The position numbers and the translations under genes were made by a program. This document shows, in pieces, positions 39,276 through 47,583 of a stretch of DNA of 56,623 nucleotides (its first letter is position 1; each line of letters opens with the position of its first letter). The notes beneath the pieces are model-generated. The model saw only the letters and a list, made by a program, of their open reading frames with translations, searched no databases and was not told where the DNA came from. This DNA comes from a virus (lineage: Duplodnaviria; Caudoviricetes): the IMG/VR virus record IMGVR_UViG_3300035156_000125, positions 1-56,623 of that record; one strand, written 5' to 3'.

Positions 39276-39635
39276 TTATTGATTTGAGTATTTAAATCCG
39301 TAGTCTTTCCACACTTCGCCTTCAACAACCTGGTCAAATGATTTTAGTTTTCTTACGCTCCAACACTCCGAATCTCTTCCCATAAAATCAACTCCCTTTA
39401 TACCCATCACGAAGTATTCTATTTGTCCCTCTTTTTCAACGTGCGTTCCGTCAGAATAACTTTTAAACTTATCCGAAACGACTGCGGTTAGTTCGTGGTT
39501 ATCGCATATCCCGCTTGCGTCAATTGATGATGGAAGTACTATATCGCCAACAAATAAATCGGCTCCGGTTAAGTCCTTAAAGGGCGTTGGCTCGCCACAA
39601 ATACCTAGTCTACATTCCCCCGAATAGATGTACAT
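39276..39635 (-). CDS. Hypothetical protein
   Basis: 119-aa ORF. Confidence 0.75.
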   Translation of the reverse strand: MYIYSGECRLGICGEPTPFKDLTGADLFVGDIVLPSSIDASGICDNHELTAVVSDKFKSYSDGTHVEKEGQIEYFVMGIKGVDFMGRDSECWSVRKLKSFDQVVEGEVWKDYGFKYSNQ

Positions 39636-39647
39636 AATATTTATTTT

Positions 39648-39845
39648 TTATTGATTTAATTCCCATAATTCCTTTGCAATTTTTTTCCTGACCGGGCCGT
39701 CAATATTCCAGTCGTACCATTCTACATCTTCCTCGGTCTTTATGATCAGGCCGTTTTGGAAGTAGACTTTTTGGACGTCGGGCGGGAGGGTTTGGTCTAT
39801 TTGTTCGAGTTGTGCCATTTGATAAATTCGGCTCCCTTCTATCAT
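39648..39845 (-). CDS. Hypothetical protein (start MIEGS)
   Basis: Start overlaps the upstream stop. Confidence 0.65.
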   Translation of the reverse strand: MIEGSRIYQMAQLEQIDQTLPPDVQKVYFQNGLIIKTEEDVEWYDWNIDGPVRKKIAKELWELNQ

Positions 39846-40177
39846 TTTCTTAGCTTTTCTATAGATTGTTCTAATGTGGGATGACGCAAGCTCATGCTGC
39901 CTTCCCTGCCTTGTCGCTTCCATATACACACTTTCATTGACCGCGGGCTACTAGGTCTTATTTCACCACGAATACACTTGTCATGGCACATAATCACAAA
40001 GTCTGTGAGGTTGTAAAAATCAAAAGTTGCCATACCAGCAAAGTCTTCCACGCAAAAACCCTCACCCCATTCTTTTACTTTACTAGGTAGATGATGTTCG
40101 CCACGGTACAATTCTGAAAAGAAAGAAGTAGCTTCCTCTTTTGTCAATCTTTGTCTAGTCGGTTCTTCGCCTATCAT
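39842..40177 (-). CDS. Hypothetical phage protein
   Basis: ATFDF..LT.FV..CHD.CIR...HPTLE motif. Confidence 0.75.
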   Translation of the reverse strand: MIGEEPTRQRLTKEEATSFFSELYRGEHHLPSKVKEWGEGFCVEDFAGMATFDFYNLTDFVIMCHDKCIRGEIRPSSPRSMKVCIWKRQGREGSMSLRHPTLEQSIEKLRK

Positions 40178-40407
40178 TTTTTAAATTTTTTATGTGACCA
40201 ATCAAAATTTGGGTTAAGTACTCCTTCTTCAATCATTTCATCGAATTTCCCGTTGTCTCTCATGCTTTCCTGAATGTATTTATATGAACGAGCGGCATCA
40301 TTAAATACAGGGTCATCATCATCTAAATGACCTATCAAACACATAGTCAATGCCAAGACGCTTTTCTCTAAAGAAATTACCCTTGCCTTTAATTGTTCTT
40401 CTGTCAT
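40174..40407 (-). CDS. Hypothetical protein
   Basis: 77-aa ORF. Confidence 0.7.
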   Translation of the reverse strand: MTEEQLKARVISLEKSVLALTMCLIGHLDDDDPVFNDAARSYKYIQESMRDNGKFDEMIEEGVLNPNFDWSHKKFKK

Positions 40408-40465
40408 TTGTTTTAAAAATTGCAGGCAGTAGAAACCGCCCGCCTGATTGCTTGCTTAGAAAATG

Positions 40466-40567
40466 TTATTTCCGTCTCAACCACTCCCAGGCTTGCAGGA
40501 CTTTAATTGCAAGACCGGCTATGATCGTGGTGATGGCGTGAAGGAGGTAAGAAATGAGTTGCTTCAT
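40466..40567 (-). CDS. 33-aa membrane peptide (not in ORF track)
   Basis: MKQLISYLLHAITTIIAGLAIKVLQAWEWLRRK; ATGA overlap. Confidence 0.55.
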   Translation of the reverse strand: MKQLISYLLHAITTIIAGLAIKVLQAWEWLRRK

Positions 40568-40962
40568 TTGAGCAGTTCGGGGTTGTCGTGAATATTGCCT
40601 ATGACTACAAACGAATGAAGCCTATTAATTGAATATATTTCACTTGTTGCAAAGTCAGTTAGGCAATACATAAATTCCTGATCATCAAAAAAAATATGAC
40701 CTTGTAAATTTTCGATGCCTTGCTTTGTCCTGAATTTAGCGTTACACCAATCAAATTCATATATATTTTGGTTATTGGTAAAGTCATGAACGCCTACAAA
40801 CTGCCCTACAGTTTCAGGTATTACCACATGGTAAGTATTGGACGTAGCTTCGTCAAACGGTTGCCAATAAATTAGGTGATCACCTTTTGGCCTCTTTACG
40901 TAATAGCCGTACACCCACTCACCATTATCTAGCCGCTTTCCTCTGAATATAATTTGTTTCAT
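40564..40962 (-). CDS. YopX family protein
   Basis: IIFRGKR.DNGEWVYG...PETVGQF.G...VIGNIHDNPELL. Confidence 0.88.
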   Translation of the reverse strand: MKQIIFRGKRLDNGEWVYGYYVKRPKGDHLIYWQPFDEATSNTYHVVIPETVGQFVGVHDFTNNQNIYEFDWCNAKFRTKQGIENLQGHIFFDDQEFMYCLTDFATSEIYSINRLHSFVVIGNIHDNPELLK

Positions 40963-40972
40963 TTTGGTTTTT

Positions 40973-41083
40973 TTAACTTTTTACAATCCTTACTCCTTCA
41001 AAATTATTTACCCGACGTGTTCCGCATTTGCGCGGTTTACGTTTGGGTTGTTTTCGGAAAAGGGCGAGTATTTTTTTGATCAT
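40973..41083 (-). CDS. 36-aa basic peptide (not in ORF track)
   Basis: MIKKILALFRKQPKRKPRK...; ATGA overlap. Confidence 0.45.
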   Translation of the reverse strand: MIKKILALFRKQPKRKPRKCGTRRVNNFEGVRIVKS

Positions 41084-41166
41084 GGCCGGTCGTTTATTTT
41101 GGCGAATAATATGTGCCTAAGGAATAAGAACGTCAGTACGCAGAGAGCAAAAGTTGGGATGAACAT
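41080..41166 (-). CDS. 28-aa hydrophobic peptide (not in ORF track)
   Basis: MFIPTFALCVLTFLFLRHILFAKINDRP. Confidence 0.45.
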   Translation of the reverse strand: MFIPTFALCVLTFLFLRHILFAKINDRP

Positions 41167-41188
41167 GGCAAGGGGGTTTAGATCGTTA

Positions 41189-41599
41189 TTATAAATTATC
41201 AGCAATTCCGCTAATATCTTTCTGTCTTAGTAGCACAAGGCGTACTATGTAGGCGTTGACCAATGATGCGTGTTCGCTTTGCCTTCTATGCTTTTTACCG
41301 TAGGCTTCGATTAGGCTGTAGGATTGTTTCAATTGCTCTAGTTCGGTACAGCCTTCTATCTGCATTTTGATGATGTAGAACTCCCTGATAAAATCGTCTT
41401 CCTCGATAAACATTCGACCGTTTTTCATCACTAGCGGCCAGGGTAGCGGGTATCCGTTCCGCTTACTTTCCCGGTAGTTCTGTATAATCAGGTAGATAAC
41501 AAGCGCCAGGACCGCAACGGCGCTTATACATAGCAGGCTGACCAGTACGCTAAGGGTTGAAAGATGCTCGACGGTTAGGAAGGATTTTAGCTTTTGCAT
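41189..41599 (-). CDS. Membrane-anchored hypothetical protein
   Basis: One N-terminal TM segment. Confidence 0.7.
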   Translation of the reverse strand: MQKLKSFLTVEHLSTLSVLVSLLCISAVAVLALVIYLIIQNYRESKRNGYPLPWPLVMKNGRMFIEEDDFIREFYIIKMQIEGCTELEQLKQSYSLIEAYGKKHRRQSEHASLVNAYIVRLVLLRQKDISGIADNL

Positions 41600-41704
41600 A
41601 TCATTTTATTAAGGCTGTAGTATTCCGGGTAAGACCGGTACTCTGCGCAGAACCTTTCGCGGTCAAGTCGGTCAAAAATTATTTGGCTTTCGATGGTCAT
41701 TGGG

Positions 41705-41902
41705 TTATTGTGCTTTTAATCTTCTTTTAGCGACCGACATTGCGTAATCTTCTTCTATCTCTTTTTTGAAGCTGATTTTCCTTACTACTGTTTTTCGCGG
41801 TGCAGGAGCTTGATTTTGCGTTAGCTCGTCAAGCTCCGTCGTTGCCGCTTTGATCATTGCTACCAGGCGCTGAACTCGTTTAATTTTATCTTCGCTATTC
41901 AC
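41705..41902 (-). CDS. Hypothetical protein
   Basis: 65-aa ORF, GTG start. Confidence 0.6.
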   Translation of the reverse strand: MNSEDKIKRVQRLVAMIKAATTELDELTQNQAPAPRKTVVRKISFKKEIEEDYAMSVAKRRLKAQ

Positions 41903-41920
41903 TATTATAAAAAAATTATC

Positions 41921-41990
41921 TATCTTAGTTTTCTACCTGAAAGTTGCGCCGGTTCAACTCCTACATTTCGCCGGCGCTTTTTCTTTCTTC
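41921..41990 (+). ncRNA. Possible short antisense RNA in the early operon
   Basis: TATCTTAG then GCGCCGG-N18-CCGGCGC-TTTTT. Confidence 0.4.
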
Positions 41991-42120
41991 TTTGGGGTCA
42001 ACACTTCGTTATCAACTAGGCAGGGCAAGCCCTACCCCGGTCACATTACTATGTTTTTAGCAATAGAATTACCATTCAGCATTTTAATAGCTGTTTATGT
42101 TTTCGATGATCTTTTGTCGA

Positions 42121-42354
42121 TTACGCGACTAACTGCTTTTCCCTGTCGGCTATTCTTTGCCTGAAGATGTTTAGAATTAGCAAAGCCTTGTCGTTGTTAT
42201 TTATAATACCGTTAAGGCACCGGCTTATCATCATTTTGGAAACCTTGACCTGTTCAGCGGCTATCGCCCTGTCGAGAGGTGTAACGTCCTCCTTTATCCT
42301 ATCGAAAGCCTCCTTAATCCTCCGTTCCTGTGATATTACTTTTCGTGTTCTCAT
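42121..42354 (-). CDS. Cro-like HTH regulator
   Basis: AAEQVKVSKMMISRCLNG HTH; divergent from the repressor. Confidence 0.8.
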   Translation of the reverse strand: MRTRKVISQERRIKEAFDRIKEDVTPLDRAIAAEQVKVSKMMISRCLNGIINNNDKALLILNIFRQRIADREKQLVA

Positions 42355-42398
42355 TTCCTTTTTGTGTTACTTTTAGATTAGTACTTTGTTATTGTCTG

Positions 42399-42445
42399 TT
42401 ACAAATGTAATGACATTATTGACACTGTCAATACATTTTGTAAAA
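42399..42445. promoter_or_regulatory. Immunity switch: divergent promoters and operators
   Basis: TACATTTG (- strand, 42402-42409); palindromes TTACA-AA-TGTAA and ATTGACA-C-TGTCAAT. Confidence 0.65.
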
Positions 42446-42470
42446 TATTTTTAAAATATTTTTTCTTAGT

Positions 42471-43007
42471 ATGGTTACAGGGAAACAAATAAAAGAAGCT
42501 ATTAGGGTCTCGCAGTTAACAATGCAACAAGCGGCGGACAAGATGGGCGTAAGCAGACAAACCCTTTACGGTATAGTTAACCGAGGGGAGTTGGATGAAG
42601 ATGTTTCTAATGATGTAATTACAAAACTGGGTCTGGTATTACAAGATGTAAAGACAAACGATAAGGAGCCTGGGAGCGCTCAAAGCATAGTTGGATCACA
42701 GGTAAGCGATCGATACATAAAATTATTAGAGGATACTGTAGAGAAGCAGAAGGAGGAAATTGTAGCACTTAAATCAGAAGTGAAAGCCCTGCATAAAGTA
42801 AGAGAGCATTTAGATGACTTGCTAAAAAATCAGAAGACAATACTTTCGCAATTGGAAGCCGGGCAAGAAGTGATTTTGTCAAAACTTTCGAGTGACGACG
42901 AAGATTACCAGTCTTTGATGGATGGGGTGGGCAATACCTTTCTTCTAAAACGGAGGGAGTTAGAGAGAATGGGCAATCGTTTTGTAGTTGGCAGTTCTGA
43001 CACTTAG
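42471..43007 (+). CDS. Repressor: XRE HTH plus coiled coil, no S24 peptidase domain
   Basis: LTMQQAADKMGVSRQTLY HTH; heptad C-terminal region. Confidence 0.85.
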   Translation: MVTGKQIKEAIRVSQLTMQQAADKMGVSRQTLYGIVNRGELDEDVSNDVITKLGLVLQDVKTNDKEPGSAQSIVGSQVSDRYIKLLEDTVEKQKEEIVALKSEVKALHKVREHLDDLLKNQKTILSQLEAGQEVILSKLSSDDEDYQSLMDGVGNTFLLKRRELERMGNRFVVGSSDT

Positions 43008-43023
43008 CATTCGATGCAATCAT
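42769..43023 (-). CDS. Possible Cys-rich protein antisense to the repressor 3' end
   Basis: ATG with A-rich leader, KCQNCQLQNDCP...YCP, downstream of a structured leader. Confidence 0.3.
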   Translation of the reverse strand: MIASNAKCQNCQLQNDCPFSLTPSVLEERYCPPHPSKTGNLRRHSKVLTKSLLARLPIAKVLSSDFLASHLNALLLYAGLSLLI

Positions 43024-43091
43024 TTCTGTACGGTTTTCCTTAGCTTAAAGTTAATTAAACTGCGTGATTTATAGATGGTTATGGTAGGTTA

Positions 43092-43230
43092 AAATAAAAA
43101 GACGCCGGATTTTCACTACGGTAGCGAAGGCAGTGAGAGGCCTTTCCCCAATAGCTTATGTCCAGCGCCGTACGGCACAGAACGTTAAGCATAGAAGGGG
43201 ATTTAGAAACGTCTCACTTTTTCGCTACCC
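43092..43230 (-). ncRNA. Structured switch-like leader RNA
   Basis: Nested complementary blocks 43120-43158/43186-43229; alternative stem 43101-43109/43161-43169 followed by a U tract. Confidence 0.55.
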
Positions 43231-43523
43231 TAACACCAAACGTGCGTGTTTAATATATTCCTGATTGCAAAGTGTATTAATAAAACAGAACCATCAATTA
43301 ATGTTTTTCATTCTTAATGTTCAATCATTAAAATATTAACCCATAAGATTAGTGCCACAATAGTTTAGATATTATGAGTTGCGTAAAAAATCATTTTGCA
43401 CCTGGTTTGCATAGTAAAATCACTTGGTAGAACTACGTTTCTAGGTGAACCGGAGAAAATAGTAGCTGAACCGGGCAGCGTTTTTTGGAAGGCATCTTTT
43501 GACGACTGCATTCATAAACTTAC

Positions 43524-43738
43524 CTCAAACAAAAAACTCAAACAAAAAACTTTAAAACAGTCGCATATCATTCGTTGGCAAAACCGTAAGTAATTGAAAG
43601 TCAGTAACAGAATTTTTTAGGAATGCCCTTTTTATCCGGGGGTTGGTTTCCCTAACTCTCCGCTTATTTTTCTGAAACCCTTTACTGACGGTCATTTCAC
43701 CAGGCGCTGACGAATATCTCAAACAGAACTCAAACAAA
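43524..43738. other. attP: integrase arm sites flanking a tRNA-Ser-like core
   Basis: CTCAAACA pairs at 43524-43549 and 43718-43738; GTCAGTAA/TTACTGAC inverted repeat; CCGGGGGTT..TCCCT..CTCTCCGC at 43636-43663. Confidence 0.7.
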
Positions 43739-43749
43739 TTCGTCACGTA

Positions 43750-44967
43750 ATGATCCAGACAGTAAGCTATTCAGAACCTGTATTGTGCCACTATAACTAT
43801 GACTTAAATAAGTCCTGGTTTGTTCATTTCGATGTAAAAAATATTGTTACCGGGGAAGTTAGCCGGCAACAGTACCGCGGGAAAATAAATAGATTTAAAA
43901 CTAAGGCAGAGCGGCTTGTGGTTGCAGGTAGAATAATTTCCTTTTGGAAGGGAGAAATTAAGCGCGGCTGGAGCCCTTTTGAAAAAGTTGAGAAGGACCC
44001 CACTACTTCCTTCAATGCCGCAATTGATTTCGGCTTATCTAAATGCAAGGTTGCAAAGAAAACTTACCAATGCTATAAAAGCACAGCGGGCTTTATTAAG
44101 TCTGCAGCTACAAAGACCGGGCTGCACAAAAAGTCTATTGCTGATATTAAGCGGGTACATATTAAGCAGATATTAGAATCGGGGCAATCCACTTTTACCT
44201 GGTCCAACAAGTCCTACAACAAGCATTTAAATTACCTCAAAGCTATACTTACTCGTGTTGTTGATTGGGAAATAATAGAAAACAACCCTGCCTTAAAGAT
44301 CAAAACCTTACCTGTTGACGAAACGGAAAAGTACGTTCCTTACACCGATGCAGAGCGAAAAGCGATACAAGAATACCTTTTCATGCATCATTACCGCTTT
44401 TTCGTGTTCCTTATGTTTGTGTACCATGCCGGGGTCCGCCCAAAAGAAATACTTGCATTGAAGATTAAAGACATTGACTTGATCAACATGCAAATAACCA
44501 TCCTGCCAAACATGGAAGCCGGCAACAGTAAGACCCGTAAGATCCGCAAAATCCCAATTAGTAAGGCGCTATTGCCATTTCTAAGGGAGTTGCAATTAAG
44601 TGCATACAGCCGGGAGTGTTATGTATTTGGAAGTCCTTACGAGGCGGGAAAGGGTAACCGTGGAAGTTCTGCAGGCGGGCTATCAGGTGCGATGCATCCC
44701 GAATATTTTAAGCCGTCCGCTACAATGATTAAAAGAGATACAGTTACCAGACTGTGGAAGAAGGTTATAATGGAGAAGCTGGGGATTGAAAAACACCTGT
44801 ACGCGGCGAAGCATTCAGGCGGGAATGCAAAAATTATGGCCGGTATCAGCATAGATGCTTTACAAGAACTTTATGGTCATTCATCCCGCTTAATGACTGA
44901 AAAATATGTTTCCGAACTAAAGAAGGTTCACTTCAATCAGATAATTGAGCTTTCTCCAGACTTTTAA
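43750..44967 (+). CDS. int: Tyrosine integrase
   Basis: GVRPKEI, KT, HLYAAKHS, LYGHSS...TEKY. Confidence 0.95.
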   Translation: MIQTVSYSEPVLCHYNYDLNKSWFVHFDVKNIVTGEVSRQQYRGKINRFKTKAERLVVAGRIISFWKGEIKRGWSPFEKVEKDPTTSFNAAIDFGLSKCKVAKKTYQCYKSTAGFIKSAATKTGLHKKSIADIKRVHIKQILESGQSTFTWSNKSYNKHLNYLKAILTRVVDWEIIENNPALKIKTLPVDETEKYVPYTDAERKAIQEYLFMHHYRFFVFLMFVYHAGVRPKEILALKIKDIDLINMQITILPNMEAGNSKTRKIRKIPISKALLPFLRELQLSAYSRECYVFGSPYEAGKGNRGSSAGGLSGAMHPEYFKPSATMIKRDTVTRLWKKVIMEKLGIEKHLYAAKHSGGNAKIMAGISIDALQELYGHSSRLMTEKYVSELKKVHFNQIIELSPDF

Positions 44968-44972
44968 TGTTC

Positions 44973-45629
44973 TTATTGAGCGTGTAAAACCAGAGCTTCA
45001 TTTAAGGTTCTGGTTTTACCTACGTTGCACCTCTTGCCATTTTGTATTTTTCTTACAATCCATCTTTTCTGATCTTCCCTATACGTTATACCTACAATAC
45101 CGGATTGTAATTTTGCGGGCGTCCGAGATAAAATATCATTATCTAACAACAACTTCTGTTGTGCAACAGGAAGATGTATGGAATTAGCTTTCCCTTCTAA
45201 TTTGTTTTCTGAAAGAATAAAATTGTATTTTATTGCTGCCGCCAATTCCGTTTTATACAAAGGTGAGACAATTCTTTTGGCGCTTCTTGTTACTACAGCC
45301 CTAAAACCATTTGCGCATTTTTCTACGCCGGTAAAGTTTCTCTTTCTGTTTTTTCTTGCAAGTCCTCTATTTTGGGAATTTATGGCGTGAGATACACTCC
45401 TTAAATTACCCCTTGTATTATTCAATTTATCCCTATCAATGTGGTCTATTATCTCCCCGCTGATGGCATTTGCTATCATTCTGTGCATCTTGAACGCTTT
45501 GCCTTTAATAGTGCATTGCGCATACCCTTTTACCAAATACCATTTTAACCCTGATAGCCTATCGTAATCTTCGTCGGAAACCTTTGCCGAATTGCCGCAA
45601 TGGGCTCCAGTTATTTGTATTTCTCTCAT
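44973..45629 (-). CDS. HNH homing endonuclease with AP2-like domains
   Basis: MHRMI...DHIDRDKLNN...NLR...NSQN; repeated GV/GI..W/F beta motifs. Confidence 0.88.
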   Translation of the reverse strand: MREIQITGAHCGNSAKVSDEDYDRLSGLKWYLVKGYAQCTIKGKAFKMHRMIANAISGEIIDHIDRDKLNNTRGNLRSVSHAINSQNRGLARKNRKRNFTGVEKCANGFRAVVTRSAKRIVSPLYKTELAAAIKYNFILSENKLEGKANSIHLPVAQQKLLLDNDILSRTPAKLQSGIVGITYREDQKRWIVRKIQNGKRCNVGKTRTLNEALVLHAQ

Positions 45630-45721
45630 ACTTAAATATACGAATTAATATCCAATAAACATTTTGGTGCAGAGTGTTTATTATACCATCAAAATCTCCT
45701 TTCCATTTATGGTTTGGGTTG

Positions 45722-46144
45722 TCATATCACTTTGTTTAAAATTGTCAAAGCGTCTATAAATCCCTTCGCATAGCCTGACCTGTAGCGAAATACGCCATGC
45801 TCATCCATGCCGATCATCTTATCTGGAAAAGTTTTTTCTGCCAATTCAAAAGCGTCATTGTACTTCATGACCCTTATACTCTCCGCATCCTCCTTACTCA
45901 ATAGGTACGCGGTGGTTTCCTTTAGCCAATGTATCCTTTTTAACTCGCCGTTGTCTTTATCGTACCCTGTCACAAGGTTACCGCAATGATCAAAAAAGCC
46001 GATAAGGTGATCGTTCAAGCCACTTTTATACGGTCTTATAAAGCACTTATCCATCCTTGTGTAACCAGTTACGGCAACCTCTTGTTGATGATGCGGGAGC
46101 GCTTCAGTGACACTTACCGGCACGTAAACTGTTGTTAGTTGCAT
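45722..46144 (-). CDS. Hypothetical protein
   Basis: 140-aa ORF. Confidence 0.75.
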   Translation of the reverse strand: MQLTTVYVPVSVTEALPHHQQEVAVTGYTRMDKCFIRPYKSGLNDHLIGFFDHCGNLVTGYDKDNGELKRIHWLKETTAYLLSKEDAESIRVMKYNDAFELAEKTFPDKMIGMDEHGVFRYRSGYAKGFIDALTILNKVI

Positions 46145-46154
46145 ATATTAGGGT

Positions 46155-46436
46155 TTAAAGTAGTATTGGTGAGGTTTTAATTGTGCTGCCAAAATTGACC
46201 ACAAGTGGCTGATCTGGTATGTTTGCGCACAGGTTGATTAGGTTTATCAAATTGCATCCCTGCACATGTATCTCCCAATCTGAAGACGTATTTGCATTGA
46301 AAATAATACCGCAAATGTTCAATGATTTTTTAGATGCCGTTACATTATAGTAATCGTGAAGAAACAAACCCGCGCCAACCATTTTTGAATGAAAATGCCG
46401 GCTACTAAAAATTGCTAAGTTGGTTGAAGGTTGCAT
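46155..46436 (-). CDS. Hypothetical protein
   Basis: 93-aa ORF flanked by junction repeats. Confidence 0.65.
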   Translation of the reverse strand: MQPSTNLAIFSSRHFHSKMVGAGLFLHDYYNVTASKKSLNICGIIFNANTSSDWEIHVQGCNLINLINLCANIPDQPLVVNFGSTIKTSPILL

Positions 46437-46439
46437 ATA

Positions 46440-46943
46440 TTAAGATTTACTTGTGATGGTTGACGCGTCAATGGCGAGACCGGATGGGATAAGGTCGAAA
46501 AGATCGAAATGGAGTGATAGTAGGTAATGGAATTGAGTTGGGTTAAGCCTGACAAACGAAAGTGTACCAGATTGGTAGTGACTACCGTCTTTAAATACAG
46601 AATATCCAACACCTTCCCCTCTAGTTGTATTCCTCTTTGGTTCATCGCAATAAAACTTAAATTCGTTAAGCATGTTTCTAAAAACATAATCGCTGGGAGC
46701 ATATTTAAAACATAATAACTCCTTCATTTCATCCTCTGTCATATCACTTAATAAGCGAAGGATGGGCCTTAATTCATGCATTTTAAAAGGGATTAAGTTT
46801 GACTGCCCTGTATACTCTATAAAAGCATTCTCGCAGCCATCCATTATCCTAATCGCTAACAACCTACCAGATATTGTTCGGTCTACTGGCTGGCATTCGC
46901 ACCCCAAATACAAATGCAGATAGTTAACCAGTTCTTTTTTCAT
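46440..46943 (-). CDS. Hypothetical phage protein (start MKKELV)
   Basis: PILR.LSDMT...YLLS.HFDLF.LI..GLAID motif. Confidence 0.78.
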   Translation of the reverse strand: MKKELVNYLHLYLGCECQPVDRTISGRLLAIRIMDGCENAFIEYTGQSNLIPFKMHELRPILRLLSDMTEDEMKELLCFKYAPSDYVFRNMLNEFKFYCDEPKRNTTRGEGVGYSVFKDGSHYQSGTLSFVRLNPTQFHYLLSLHFDLFDLIPSGLAIDASTITSKS

Positions 46944-46977
46944 TTCAACTCGTTTAATTTTGAATAGGACGGTGGGG

Positions 46978-47145
46978 TTAGTTTTCAATATACTTTTTAA
47001 CTGCCGTGATAATTAAATTGCTCAATGTTCGGTTTTCTTGCTCTGCCCTTACTACCGCGTCCTTTTTAAGATCCCGCGGAAGCCTTACTGCGGTAGCGGG
47101 GTTATTGTCTTTTCGCTTTGGGGCTTTTTTTGCTGCTTTTTTCAT
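46978..47145 (-). CDS. Second ribbon-helix-helix regulator, 55 aa (not in ORF track)
   Basis: MKKAAKKAPKRKDNNPATAVRLPRDLKKDAVVRAEQENRTLSNLIITAVKKYIEN; TAAATTTG 4 nt upstream (leaderless). Confidence 0.8.
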   Translation of the reverse strand: MKKAAKKAPKRKDNNPATAVRLPRDLKKDAVVRAEQENRTLSNLIITAVKKYIEN

Positions 47146-47191
47146 TATGCAAATTTACAAAAGCGCGTTACAGCCGCGCCCCTGTTGTTTA

Positions 47192-47455
47192 TCAACAAGT
47201 GTATGTTTTTATAATGACGTCGTTAGGATGAACAAAGTTTTTAAAACCTTCAAGTACTGCATTAATCTTAACATCTAAATCTTTGTTAGTTGAATACGCA
47301 ACTTCAGCTAACTCAAATTCAAACGTTGTGGTTTTTATCTCTAATGTGTTAAAGATTGAATTAAGTAGCTTTTCTTCTGGCGTTGGGGCGTATTCTACAC
47401 CATTGCTAAAATACTGGGTTACTGTTTCTTGGTGAATTATAGTTGCAGTTTTCAT
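47192..47455 (-). CDS. Hypothetical protein (start MKTATI)
   Basis: TATCTTTG promoter at 47477-47484. Confidence 0.7.
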   Translation of the reverse strand: MKTATIIHQETVTQYFSNGVEYAPTPEEKLLNSIFNTLEIKTTTFEFELAEVAYSTNKDLDVKINAVLEGFKNFVHPNDVIIKTYTC

Positions 47456-47532
47456 GCTTTTTCGTTTTTGATAAATCAAAGATAGTGTATAACAAAGTAA
47501 TACGCAACTATTTCGCAAACTCTTTTCAAAAC

Positions 47533-47562
47533 AAAAAAGCCCGCCGTAAAAAACGGCAGGCT
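47533..47562 (-). terminator. Terminator ending the late/lysis transcript
   Basis: AGCCTGCCGT-TTTT-ACGGCGGGCT-TTTTT. Confidence 0.85.
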
Positions 47563-47583
47563 ATAAACTAACCACATGAAAAA

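Noticed and set aside
43396-43746. Two short ORFs upstream of the integrase
   Set aside because: They overlie attP arm and core sequences and lack protein-like features
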